Source of the DNA: Podarcis pityusensis
Taxonomy: Eukaryota
Assembly: GCA_964106645.2 (NCBI GenBank)
Contig: OZ067048.1
Direction: 5' to 3' (one strand)
Length of the DNA: 64,000 bases
In this document: piece by piece, positions 39,047 to 52,869 of the stretch
Numbering within the stretch: the first letter of the stretch is position 1
How the letters are laid out: each line of letters opens with the position of its first letter
The notes under the pieces: generated by a model
Told to the model about the DNA's origin: nothing
The model's database searches: none
The model's input: the letters and a program-made list of their open reading frames with translations, nothing else
Position numbers and translations under genes: made by a program

Positions 39047-40167
39047 CTAATTAAGACAAAAGAGCATATTTACATGAATATTTCAATAATCATGTAAACA
39101 ATTATAATTTAAAAATCAATTGCATTTAATTTTTCACTTTATCTTATTATTCAATAAGGCAGACAATATGGGAATAAATCTCACCCTACACTTTAAGCTC
39201 TGCACTTGGAACTTCTATTATAAAAATATCACTATACTAATGGGATTGGAACCGTTTCTTAAAGCTTGTGCTTTTACTTTCAGTGCAACAACGCTTAAAC
39301 TAACACGTTTACCTCCACATTCTTTGAACGCACATAATAGTGGCTAAACCGAAAACAGTGATCAAAAAACTAATTGCAATGTATGCTTATTCCACATTCC
39401 TATCTGATATTTTATCCACCGATATGAACTTGGTGCAGCCACAAGACTTATTTATATGAAAAAAAATTCCCACCAACATCTGGTTTAATGAAAAGAGGTG
39501 ATTAGCTCCCAGTTAGGATGGGGCTCCAATATAAAACGCACCATACAGATATGTCCAGAAAATAAACTAATTTGAGTTATACCAAAAAACTCTCTAGTTA
39601 AAAGCAATTAACCCCCCCCCCATTACTCTGAAACAATTTAAAGCATCTGTCTCTGCTCCTTTCCTATTTCCTTCACACATAGCCATTTGCTCCCCATCTG
39701 AATAGACTAGTTGTAAAACAGCACCAAGGCACATGAGACGACATATGCACAGCAGCATACATTAGAGTGACACTCTCAAAAGCTTTGAACCTTATTTGTG
39801 GCAGTCACAAAAAAGGTTGTTCTCCAATGACTTAAAAGTTCAGAATGGCCAGATGTTTTACCTAGCAAACAGGCCCTCCCCTCCAAGTCCTAAGAAGATA
39901 AAACATGGCATGCACTCTGTGATGCAGTCGTGTTAGAATCCTTCTTTGAATAAAGCATTTATTCAAGCTAGACAATTGTTAAGATTCGCACATCTGGGCC
40001 CTAACTGCTTTACAAACACTAAGTCAACCACCAAACAGTTAACCATTGAAAACCAAGCTACTAACAAACTTTTATTTACTAGATTCTGAGCATCTGCAGA
40101 TGGTAACACATTTGTGAACTATATCACAACAAAAAAGCTGGAGTTCTCTTTAAAACTTGCAACTCAC

Positions 40168-40312
40168 CTGTTTGGTAATACGATTCAGCCACAGAAGGCT
40201 GTGGCTGGGCAGCAGCTGCCACTGCAGCTGCAGTGGCTGTGGGTTGTTGATAGTATTGCTTGCTGTCATAAGCTACAGCTGGGGCAGTAGATCTAACATA
40301 TGAATAGGTGTC
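40168..40312 (-). CDS. ZFR: ZFR exon 4 ([23 protein letters not shown]...)
   Basis: AG/GTGAGT boundaries, 145 nt. Confidence 0.97.
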
Positions 40313-42348
40313 CTTAAGAAGCATGGGAATGGGGGGGAAAACACATGGACATTAGTTTTTCCATTAAATATATGGACTATTACTGAATTATTTTGATTAT
40401 TCTAATTAATCAGACTTTAAAATAGTAGAAACATTCAACAGAATTGGTAAGCTACATTTTTGAGGATCAAACTATGTATTTTTTGCCTCCCAAGATTGCT
40501 AGATTAAATGAAGCTAGTACTAGACATCTTGCATTAAAGAACCAAATGTTCATGTCCTGTTAAGCCTTTCCCCCTACGTTTTTTTAAAATGCTATATCAC
40601 CATTACTTTACCCACAAGACACCAAGCCACAAACCTCTACATTAGGCTGGAGAACCTCCAGTGTTACAAGCCAAATTTATGTCATAAAAAGTTTTCCCCA
40701 GACCGCACCGACCTTCCCCATACCAGGTGCCATATGTGACATCAGGTGTGGAGCAGGTAGATATTGTTGTGAAACTGAGCTCTCTTTGGGGAATTCACGC
40801 ACACAGCTGACCCCTGCAGAAAGCAGTTTTGTCAGCCCTATACTTGGTGCTGGGGCTGCAGGTCCCAAGCACCTGGCAACCAGCTGGCTATCAGGTGCTT
40901 AGAAAGCACTGCACAAAGCCACCTGTCCATCATCTGACAGCATAATTCCATTTGGTGATTGAAGGGTCAAATTTGGCCTGCAGGGGTGTGGACAGAAAAC
41001 AAATTTGGCCCACTGGGGCAAAATGATTCTCTGCTCCTGCTCTACATTAAGAAGGGTTTTCAGTCTTCAAATAGACACTATTTTGTGCTCCACTGTGAAA
41101 TGAAAATGTTTGCTAACACAGCCATACATATTTCCACACAGGTGACTTCATACACTCTGTTGCAGGAATGGTGATACTGAGACCTCAGGGTGGTATTCAG
41201 TTAAATAAACTTGTGGGCTCAAGCCTCCGTCATTACTCAATGATTTGGAAAAGGTACTCTATGCCTACTCAAAGGCACTCCTATTTTATACATTCTATGG
41301 TATGGCTCAGCACTGGAATTCAAAAAAGGATTTGCAGTTGATATCCACTGCCCTCATCATATGGTTTAATTTTGAGAAATCCTTGGTTTATTTTTTTAAA
41401 AAATTGTAATCCTCACTTTTGGAAAAGGGTTAAAAAAAATAATCTTACAGTATTGCTTTAACATATATACACTTCCTTTCCCTTGTACAATAAATGACAT
41501 TAAACGATTGACATTGTTCTCATAGCTGCACATTTTTCCAGACATAACCATATGCAGATACAACAAATACAGCAATGTTCAAATACCAAAAATAAAGTAA
41601 CTTACAATTGCCTTTTATCTCAGGTTGTGTATAATAATCTACTAATATCTCGCATATGTTGTAGCCTGCAGGCATGTACAGTGCTAAATAATTAAAAGTT
41701 CTGCAGCATGCTGATGAGGTGGTTATGCTACAGTTAATAATTTGCTAGGAATGTTCAGTGGCTAATAATTATTGTTACTTTCCACATTAAGTAATGTTTT
41801 ACATATTTCTTCCCCTAGGTGTTATAGTGCTATCCTCAGGTTTTTAAAAATATATTTGACTATGCGATGATCAAGCTAAAGGAAAAAAAAGATTTCTGTA
41901 CTGTCTTACCAAACATATGGGTGCATGGAAGTACCACTGAAGGCATCTACAACAGCAGTAGCACAGGAAGTCCCCCAAGAGGCCATCCCAGGGGCAGATG
42001 GAGCTGAGCCAGTCCAGGATGTGCTGGATCTTAACCCAGTCCCACTATTGTCACTGGACTTGATTTGTGCTTGATCAGTACACCAACTTCATGCTGGCAC
42101 AGCGATTTGCCTGTCCCCATGCCCTCTGCCAGCATGAGTGACAGGGCTGAAGATGTGGCGGTGGATCTGCTACCCTATTACATTTCACCGCTACTCAGTC
42201 AGGGTCTGTTCTGTGAATTACTGGCCTAAACTACATAAGAGTTATACATGCACATTCTTACTCTATATTTAACATATTCTATCGCCCATAATGTTTTAAA
42301 AGGTGAAAGACTCAATTTCACAAGTATTATGGTCTATCCATTAAGTAC

Positions 42349-42631
42349 CTGGTAATTTTGTGTAGTGACTGGAGGTGGCGGCGGGGGAGCTTCTTGCTGT
42401 CTCTGTGTATAACCATAGTCTGTTGCTGTATGTGCCGTTGGGTAACCTCCATAGGCTGCCGCTGTTGCAGCAGCGGCAACAGCCACTGGAGCAGGCCTTG
42501 CAACTGCAACCGTTGCTGCTGCTGGGGCATAGGCAGCAGTAACTGTGTGTGCAGCTACAGGAGCCTGATGGACAGTGTAGCTTGCAACTGTAGTTGGATG
42601 GGAATAGGCTACACCTGAAGCTGGCTGCTGG
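42349..42631 (-). CDS. ZFR: ZFR exon 3 ([14 protein letters not shown]...TTQNYQ)
   Basis: AG/GT boundaries, 283 nt. Confidence 0.97.
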
Positions 42632-45600
42632 CTGTAATAAAAAGACAAACACAAGAAATATGATGATGTTGTAATGTCAGACACCTAACAGCAAAGCTGC
42701 TTAAATTGTCCAAATTTAAGGGTAGCTTAAAAAAGGCTAAACTAAGTCTGAAACACAAGCACAGTGATCAGGAGTTTAAATAAGTCATGGAATTCCCATT
42801 TCTCAAAACCTTTCAATGGGGCCTTTCATTTTTATGGTCTTGGAAAAGCTCAGTTGCGCATACATGAGGCAAACTTCACAAGGTTAGCGAAATCGGCACT
42901 GAACATTAATGCTACTCAAAAGCAAAATAATTTAGAGTACAATCCTATGCATGTATACTCATCAGATGTAAATCTCACCGGGAGTTAATTGCCAGGAAAG
43001 TGCACAAGATTGCATCCTTAACCAATGAACCATTTTTAACAAAATATAATTTTGAGAGGATATTTTTTTGATGTAAAACAAACTTACATAAACCAGAAGT
43101 GGAGAACCTCCAACCCACAGGCCAAACCTGCCCTACCAGGGCTCCCCATTTGGTTCCGATGTAGTTTTGGGCAAGCCACACGTTTGAAATCCTTTTGCAA
43201 GCAACCTTACAGTGCTCTCTGAACCCCTGATGTTTGAAAGTTTAGAGAGGGCTGTTTGCAAAAGGGCTTTCAAATTGCCCACACTGTGCTTTAAAGTCCT
43301 AAAACCAGGGCTTCAAACCAGTATAACCTAATGACAATGTGACATCAGTTGATTTGACAGGTAGGGAGATACTGGCTAGAAATGCTTACCCACACCTGCT
43401 TTAAAAATATGTATAGATCAGAGTCAGGTAATTGGTTTTATAGCTATACTACATCTAAGAAAAGTACGATTTCACATCTCCATATAAAACAACTACTGTA
43501 GAGTAAATGCTTCCAAACACTCTGCAGTGCAATAGAACCAAAGAAACAGAGTCAGATATAGATTCCTAGAATGCTCCCAGGAAACGGAAAGCCTCAAAAA
43601 AAGCACACCTGAAAATGTATTTGCAGCTAATTTCCTGTGTGGGAAAGTGTTTTCATCTCCCACACTAACACATACAAAGAAAAGTCATGTAAGCACCATA
43701 TTCATGTGATTATAAACATTTAGATCACTGGTAAGCAACCTTGATAACTGTGTGGGCCACATTTGGTTGAGGGCCATGTACAAATTAACCCTCCCCCGCA
43801 CACAGATAGAGGGTGAGGAGGGATGATACGTGATGGAAAGAGATCCTGTCATGTGTTTCTCATGCTCCCCAGCCGACTGGCACTGAAAATCATGCTTCCT
43901 CCACCCCCAAGCCCATCAAACAGCTGTTTAGCATGCTGTGGGAAGAACAACCGCAAGTGAAGACAGACCCACTGGGAGTCATCCCTGTGCATCTTCTTAT
44001 CCTTGTAAACTGGGTTCCCTGCAGCCTGACAAACAGCTCTTTGACAGGCTGAAAAGAACATGTGGCAGGAGCTGAATCCCAGGATAGAAGGCTAGGAATT
44101 TCGTAACAGGCCACATTAAGGCAGTGTATCGTCAACTTGCAGGCAGGGACCATTTTCATTCTTGTATAGCAATTAGTAATTTTAGGTGCACTATTTTGTA
44201 TTACAAGCATAGCAATGTTGAGTGCAGTTCAATTCCTTCCCACTCACATTTCTGACCATCCCATTATCCAGCATCCTGGGTCCACCAAACATCTTATTTT
44301 AATTGGGCTGTTCAGGGGTGAGGGGCAGAATGGGGTGAGTACTCTAGTGTCAAAGCCAGATACGTTAAAAAACTGTTTTTCTCCACTGATTTCTAGAGGC
44401 AGCTCTTACTTCTATTCTGATGACATTTAAATAGGCTGTTTGGGGGAAGGGGTCCTTTTTTGTAGTTTTGGGGTTAATCAGAGACATGTGTTTGGTTACT
44501 CCTTCCTCATGCATGTGTGGAGCAATTGCGACTACATAACCTCAAACATTCAAAAACAAACTGGTATAAGTGTATATATGATATGATAGTATAATTAGAA
44601 AAAAAGGAAGATTCAGCTGAATCTACAGAGAAAGTAAGAAAATAATAATAAGCAACATACCCTTCATGAAACAATCATTCTAGCAACCTCCAATGACAAC
44701 TCCTATCTTGCAAGAATTGTCCAAGAAAATACCCCAAAAGGAAAGTTCTTTTGAAAATGCCATCTTTGAAGAAATGCTTCAAGTAGCAACATAATTATGC
44801 CTCCCCACAAAATGCTTAAATATAATGCAAAACAAAAGTAGGCTCATAGAATGCTTAAAAAGTGATGTTAGGAAAGTGAAGCCAACGTTTTCATTATTTT
44901 GAGAAGAAAGGCAGTGAAATGTCATTCATTATAATGAAGCAGCAGCAAATCAAAAGTATATATACCATTTAGAAATATTTGAAATGTTTCATGTGAAGAA
45001 AATGTATTTTGTTATGGCACAGAATGAACAGCCTTAACATTATTCATTCTAAGGCTGGTATAGTTCTGTTACCACATTTACTTTAGCAAACCTGTTCCCC
45101 TTGCGTCTGCCACAACCGGCAGAGCCAGTGATCGAGTTTGCAAGATTTTACAAATTGTAGGATTTGACCTCCTAACTCCTGGGTAGAGAAGCCTCCCTCA
45201 ACCTTGTATTCTGAGGCACATTGGCAAGAACTAGTAACTTCTGCTAATCCCCTTTAAGCAGAAACTGTGTGAAAAGGAGACAGTTAAAATAGTGTCTCAA
45301 ACGCCAATTCTTCCCTTCTCTTTGGTCTGAATAATTTCTCATGACAACTGATCTATGCATAGCCTGTTCCTTGTTGACTCCATTCTTCTACTAATCCCCC
45401 CACACATACATAATTTAGTACTGAATCAACATTTTTAGAGATTCTTTTCATCTGTGATCATACCTAGGAAGTTGTGTGTCCCCCCCTTTCTTATGGGAAT
45501 CAGTAGTTCTGTCATTTTTATTAGCAATAAGCTATCACTGTCATAGAAACATGTTGTATCACTATAATACCATGGTAATTCATAGTTCGTAAAATAATTT

Positions 45601-46099
45601 ATGATACTCTTCTTTATAGCTGTATTAAAGCATGCCTAAACTCTAGAGAAGTTTTGACAGAATGGAGACAACTGTTCTGTTCTAATCACTATTTCTGCAT
45701 ATGGAGTAATTCCATCCTCTACCTAAAACTTTGTTGTATCTTTGCTGTATCTGAAGCTCTTCCACAGAAGTATTCCAATCAATTGTGAAGTTAAGATCTC
45801 TTATAAGAAAAATAAGTAATTTTATATTCCTTCAGAGTTTCAAATAAAAAGTAATGTTTTTTACATAAAATACAGAGTTTGTTGGACATATAGTAAAATC
45901 TGGATAAGAAATATAACAGCCCAGATTTTTTATTTTGCCAATGAATAAAAAGAAAGTCCTAACAGATAGGATTTATTTTAAAATGTATCAGTCATTCAAA
46001 GATTTAATCTACAAAGCCCTATACAGCTCAGGACCTCAATATCCTCATGAAATGCTTCTCCTAACTTGATCAGGCTGGGAGTGCCTTTCACCAGTTTTA

Positions 46100-46365
46100 T
46101 TTGGCATGCCATTACAGTCATCTTGGGGTCAAGATAACCTGGCCACTGTAGTACATGCCCTGCTAACCTTGAGACTGGATTACTATAATATGCTCTACAT
46201 GGGGCTTCCCATGGCCATGGTCCAGAAACTTAACCTGGAGCAGAATGGAATGGCAATAATGCTGATGGAGGAGGACAGCCAACAGCATGCGACAGCCTTG
46301 CTATAAAAAGTTCTACACCAGCTGCTTGTATGCCATAGGTCCAGGTTCAGGGTTCTTGTATTAAT
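46100..46365 (+). mobile_element. Old L2 LINE RT fragment
   Basis: Translation LATVVHALLTLRLDYYNMLYMGLP...QKLNLEQN resembles the L2 RLDYCN motif. Confidence 0.75.
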
Positions 46366-46600
46366 CATTATTGAGATAATTTTGTATTGTTTTTACAGTA
46401 TATTATGTTTTATTGTATTCACGTATACCAGTATATTGCGCACTGACTTGCTATTTTATTTGAGCGGACAATATATAAATAAATATAAAGTACATTCCAT
46501 ATTGTTGTTTTATTGTTAAAGGTGAGGATGGCTTTTTGTTATATATGCCACCTAAATAAGTTTTGTATGAGGCACTAAGTGTTATCCATAGGCTATAGGG

Positions 46601-46765
46601 CATCTGCGCAGACGCGATTTCTGGCACCGCGGAAGCAAGTCCCTGTGCTGTGCTGGTTTAGCGCAGCGCGCGGGGACTCACCAAGTGGGCGGCTCAGCTC
46701 GGGGGCCGGTTAAATAACCCCCGTGGGCCGCTTGTGGCCCATGGGCCTTAGGTTGCCGACCCCTG
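46601..46765. mobile_element. Internally deleted hAT MITE (family of 33646-33899)
   Basis: Shared GATTTCTGGC..GCGGAAGCAA..TTTAGCGCAGCGCGCG..ATGGGCCTTAGGTTGC.GACCCCTG; flanks CTATAGGG / CTATAGAG. Confidence 0.75.
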
Positions 46766-47528
46766 CTATAGAGACAACAAAATGCAAGAAATGAGCAGGG
46801 AATTTCTAAGAAGTGGCAACAATATTATTTCCAGTAATTACAGAACTGGAAAATCTATTTGGGCTTTTGACAATTCAGAGTTGTACTTCTTCAAATGGAA
46901 CACTGGAAAGGAAGATTTGTCAAGTCTGCAAGTACAACTGTTACACTGTGGCTAGAGAGAATTCCATCAAGTTAGAAATCTTACACAGGGAACAGCATAC
47001 CCATGCATTATTATTAAGACTCAAGACCAAATAATGGAGAAGTCTGTAAAGTATTTTTCTGCTGTACTATGCAAAACGCCGAATCCAGAGAAATAAACTG
47101 AAGGTTGGCTACATACCTTTCAAAAATGTTATTTCCAACAATATGGACAAGATCTCAAGCACCATGCAGAATACATGCAGATGCACATTTCCCCATTTCC
47201 AAAAGCCATTCTAATTTCAGGAAACCACTTCACAAGGAGGAAGCATCTTTAGCCCTCTCCCCAGATTTGAATAGCTTTGCACATGCAGTTCTTTGGATCT
47301 CAGCCTCTGCTTATTTCAGGAATATAAACTTTTAAGACGGAGTGCCATGAAATATGCAAGTGCTTACCATGAAATAAGCAACTGATTTAAGTTAATAAAA
47401 TACTGTTCCAATTGTTAAAACCTAAGAGGTGTAGCAATTTCATTTCACATATGACCTAGCAGCTGTAAATAAGCCTGAAACAATAAAAGCATTCTATGTG
47501 GATATTTGAAGCAAGAAAATAATTAGAC

Positions 47529-47664
47529 CAGGCATCCCCAACCTTTGGCCCTCCAGATGTTTTCTACTACAATTCCCATCATCCCTGACCACTGGTCCTG
47601 TTAGCTAGGGATCATGGGAGTTGTAGGCCAAAACATCTGGAGGGCCGCAGGTTGGGGGTGTCTG
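47529..47664. mobile_element. Palindromic 136-bp hAT-type MITE
   Basis: Long imperfect TIRs (GGCCCTCCAGATGTTTT / AAAACATCTGGAGGGCC); degenerate 8-bp TSD AATTAGAC / GATTAAAC. Confidence 0.85.
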
Positions 47665-48954
47665 GATTAAACAATTGCCATCAATTGACAAGTTTTCAAG
47701 TTCAAGGTTTACCTCTAAGACATACTAATTATACAAGAGATCACAAAGTTGGTGAAGTAAACTTATATATAAAGTAGTGCTGTCATTACAGTTATCTTCA
47801 CTATGCCAAAATCTGACAAAAATACAAATTATTTTAAACTGGAGGTATTTCCACAGTAACCAAAACGATTTAACAAAATGGCCCAATTCTTAAAGAGGAG
47901 ACAGACTGTCTTTCAGATGCAATAAATGTTCCTTTCACTGGGGATAATTTCAGCTAAGTGAGGAACTGTATGTGCATGCTATTTTGAAGTTATGTAATTA
48001 AGAAGTTATGAAATTTATCATCTCTTTCAAAATCATTCCATTTCAAGTTTCATTTGGTAACACCTGTTCCCGAAATTATGAAAAATTGCACAACCACACC
48101 ATACTGAACATTTAGTTTAAGAGTTCCCCCAAAATAGTGTACGTATTTATAGTTTTTAGAGCCAAGTCATCACAAAGCAACATACATATTTTACAAAAAT
48201 GTAAAATACATGAGGCACATAATATACTATGGGAAAGCTGCTCTGAATCACACGAGCCATGAATTCTCAAAGTCTGCACTGAGGGGGCCTAAAGGAAATA
48301 CTGTCAGTTCTTAATAATGAGTAGGTCAGACTATAGCCTTTGCCTTTGTAAACCTTATACTATAAACCACCCTATGATCTTTGGATGGAGGGTGGCATAG
48401 AAATTTAATAAATAATAACAAACGTCCATTTTTTTTGCAGCAGGGCACAAATATTCAGCTGGGGTTGGATTCTAACATTCATTCAGGAAGTTCCAGGAAT
48501 GAAAGTTTCCTAAGCCCTCTTTATTTCTGAAGCTACCCTTAGAGGCTTTGGAGAGGCGGGAACAGTAACCTCTTCTTCCATGAACTTCCTTAACTTATTT
48601 TAGGATCCAAAGCCCTGGATGATAAGCCATCAGTCCTTACAGCCTGCCTATATTTTATACTTTACCTTATTTATTTTGAATATTAAAAAATAGTCTAAGA
48701 TATCACAGAACTCTGCAATAGGTTTTGGAAGTCAAACATTTAAGGGAGGATACTGAATGCATACAGAACACAAAAGTCAGTATGTAGTGGGAGAAATATA
48801 GTTGGAAAATACAGGTTTTCCAAGGCCTGGCTGGGGAGACTAAGGGAAGGAGTGTGGATGCAGAACCGAAAGAAATAGAACGCGTTTAAAGCTGCAACCC
48901 TGTGCCTGTTTGCTGGAAAGCAAGTCTCACTGAACAATCTGGGGATACCTAAAT

Positions 48955-49245
48955 ATAGAATTGTAGAGCTGCAAGGGATACCAAGGGTCATCTAGTCCGA
49001 CCCCCTGCAGGAACCTCAATTAGATGATCCACGACAGATGGCCCTCCAACCCATAGCTGCCAACGTTTCCCTTTCTTTAAGGGAAATTCCCTTATTCCGA
49101 ATAGGATTCCTCGCAAGAAAAGGGAAAAGTTGACAGCTATGCTCCAACCTCTGCTTAAGAGCCTCCAAGGAAAGCGAATGAATCCTTCCAGCAGAGTCTG
49201 TTCCATTGCCGTACAGCTCTCGCTACCAGAGTCTTCTTCATTAGC
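48955..49245 (-). mobile_element. CR1 LINE 3'-end fragment next to the ZFR CpG island
   Basis: ATAGAATTGTAGAG...GGTCATCTAGTCCGACCCCCTGC...CCAACCTCTGCTTAA...TTCCATTGCCGTACAGCTCT. Confidence 0.7.
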
Positions 49246-49557
49246 ATGCGCAGGACGGGGCTGGAAGGGCGGAGAGGAGAGGCGGCGGCAGAATCACCAG
49301 GCTGGAGGGGAGGAGGAGGAGGCGGATCCAGCCCTACGGCAGGACGGGGAGCCCTTATTCCAAAGCACGACCCGAAGCAGGCCTGACGACACCGGCTCCG
49401 CCCCCCGTCGCCGCACACAACACGCATCAACACCTCCGCACGAGCATGCACATGCGCCGGCGTTTGCGCGCATCTCCTCTCCAAGGTCTCCGCTGCGCCA
49501 GGGAAGAAGGGGGGCCGGGGAAACACCTCCCCCCCCCGCCCGCCCGCCTTCTCTTTA

Positions 49558-49825
<268 letters not shown>

Positions 49826-51283
49826 GAGTCCGGGCTGACAGAAATGGCGGCGGTGGAAACACACTCTCTACCTCCGGCGCTCGCCCCGCTCCGAGGACGA
49901 CGCCGCTACTGCTACTGCTGCAGCTGCTCCGGGTTCACTGATTCCGACACCGTCGCAGGCAGGCGCGCAGGTTGCTGGCTCGTCTGGCTCTCCCCTCCCA
50001 CACGCCGCCCGCCGACCGACCTACGAGGATTCAACGGGCGAACTGAGGAGCCAGGCCTCTCCGTGGCGCATGCGCGGCACTTGCTAGGTTGTAAAACAGG
50101 GAAAGGGGACGGCGGGAAATGTAGTTCTTCTCCTTCCTCCCCGCCGTCCTTCTTGGGTTCCTCTTGGTCGCCGCGAGGCAGGAACGTGACGCGGGCGGAG
50201 ACTTTCGGCGCGTGCGCACGAGGCGTGCGGAGGCTGTCGGGAAACGTAGTTTTCTGGCCAGGGCGCGGTTTCTTCTCCATTCCAGTTCGTTTTCCTTACC
50301 CGGCCTTTTACGAAGTGCACTGTGTTGTGTTAGTAAAATCACATGGAGACACTCCAGACTTGTTTGCGGCTCCTCTGCACAAAAGAAACTTGACCCAAAA
50401 GTGCTCACGATGAGAAGCCCACAATCCAGTGCAGAATTAACGTTGTTAAAGCCATTGATATCAGTGGGTTAAGTAAGCATATCGTACTTCTGCTGAATTG
50501 TGACCCATTTTTGCAATTTAGTGCTCTAATAAAGATATGATCAGTAGGACTAAAATTGTGTTTCTCAGATACATTGCATATGATTTATAAATTTAATTGT
50601 TATTGGTAGATCTCTTATTACAGTATTATGGCTATTACCCTGTTATTGCACAGCAATATCCAACTCCCCACTTCAGTTGCACATCAGTATTCCTTTGCAG
50701 CCTCTCCAGGGATAATAATTGTGCCATTGTTACCAAGCTGCTGTGTGGGATTCAAGGACCTTTCTTCAAGCTAACAGTCATGTTCTTTTTCCAGCTTTCA
50801 AATCATAATGCGGGTTCTCCTTACGCCCCCACTGCTGAGTCATTTGTGGTGTACAACAATAATCTGCCATCTTCTAGTCAGCACTAGCCTGGAGCCAGAA
50901 CACTGTAGGGCAGGGGAACCCCATTACCAGGCCCAGTACAGGGAGCAAGGGGAGTTAGTGGAGCTTGCCAAACATCCTGAGACTACACCCTGGAAGATGC
51001 TTAATGTGGTATGACTACAGATTCAGACATTTACATGTTTTAACTGGTTCATATAAGCTCCAGAAATTCCACACTTAACCCACAGAGTAGAGACAGTGGT
51101 GATTTAGAGCAGAAGTCTAGATCAGGATGATCTGTGCATGTCTGATATCACAAAGCCTCCAACCCTGAACCTGCTCGAGAGAAGGAAACAAACTAGTGTG
51201 TGCTCTGGATAGGGTGCAATAAAAGGAAGCAGGTGGTGGAACAGCAAAGGCAGCTATAAAACTGCTCAATTTGGCACTTAATA

Positions 51284-51750
51284 TTGCCAACAAAGGTCCG
51301 TATAGTTAAAGCTATTGTTTTCCCAGTAGTGATGTATGGAAGTGAGAGCTGGACCATAAAGAAGGCTGATTGCCAAAGAATTGATGCTTTTGAATTATGG
51401 TGCTGGAGGAGACTCTTGAGAGTCCCATGGACTGCAAGAAGATCAAACCTATCCATTCTGAAGGAAATCAGCCCTGAGTGCCCACTGGAAGGACAGATCT
51501 TGAAGCTGAGGCTCTAAGACTTTGGCCACCTCATGAGAAGAGAAGACTCCCTAGAAAAGACCCTGATGTTGGGAAAGATTGAGGGCACAAGGAGAAGGGG
51601 ACGACAGAGGGCAAGATGGTTGGACAGTGTTCTCGAAGCTACCAGCATGAGTTTGACCAAACTGCAGGAAGCAGTGGAAGACAGGAGTGCCTGGCGTGCT
51701 CTGGTCCATGGGGTCACGAAGAGTCGGACACGACTAAATGACTAAACAAC
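51284..51750 (+). mobile_element. RTE-BovB LINE 3' end (5'-truncated, in-frame stop at 51515-51517)
   Basis: Translation TKVRIVKAIVFPVVMYGSESWTIKKAD..RIDAFELWCWRRLLRVPWTARRSN...LEKTLMLGKIEG.RRRGRQR.RWLD; tail GGGGTCACGAAGAGTCGGACACGACT. Confidence 0.93.
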
Positions 51751-52869
51751 AGCAATTGCAACACCTCATTTTACTCAATTCCATGTCACTCTGTGAAGAT
51801 GATTTCCTAGCGACTGCATCTTGTCAAAATGCTGCTGGACAGCTCTTTGGTTCTGTTTCTAAGATGGGAAATCCAAGCACACATCAAGGGTGGAAATGGA
51901 CAATACTGGCACTTAGGGGATATTCTCTATGGCATTGCTGGCAATGAATGACCCAATTCCTCTCCCAACTTCTGAACATTTTACAAACTGTATTTTGTTG
52001 GCTTTGCAATTCTCTAGGAGTCAACACCTCAGGTATGCTGTTCCTCAGGTACTCCTACAGACCTTAATTTTAAAAGTTGCAGAAAATGAAACACTAATAC
52101 CAGGGCTTTTTTCAGGGGTTACTCAACGGTATGCAGTACAGCATCTCTTTTTCTTGTTAAAAAGTGTGGCACTTACAGAGTACCGGCATCTCTTTTTCTA
52201 GAAAACAAAGCACTGACTAATACAGTCTGAAGGCTCCTCTACTTATTCATGTTCTCTCAACCTGAGGCTTGGGCAAGGAAGGGGCATTCATATTCCATTC
52301 CAGAGTGGCAGCTCTGCAGCAAAAACAAGGGAGTCTTGCAGCACCCCAAAAGACGAACAACTTTTTATAGCAGGAAATATTAATAGATTTTTTTAAATAT
52401 AAGTTGCAATTATAACAATGTTTACCCGGTAATTAGTTTTTTAATGATTGCATTCCCATGTTTTTAGCTGTTCTTACTTTAAATATAGAATGATGGTGAT
52501 GATAAACTTTCATAGAATACAAGCCACATGCTTTGAACATACAAGTGGCACATAATACCCATTCCACATTTGTAATAACTTTCAGTGTGGCAGCACATTG
52601 CACTTTGGAATTCCCTGTCTATTGTATTAAGAGCAAGCCGGCGCTATACTCCTTTCCACGCTTGCCGGAAACATTTTAGACAAGCCTAGCCAGAAGCTTA
52701 TAAAGTTGAGGCGACCTAAACCAGTTTCAGTGTTTTAACCGTTGTATGTTGTAAATCAGTGCTGTGATTTTTTTCTCAGTTTTATCGTGATATTTTTTGA
52801 GGGTTTGAAAAATGAATTTAATAAATGAAATCTTCGATTTTTATTTTTTTTAATTTAAGATGGTTGATG

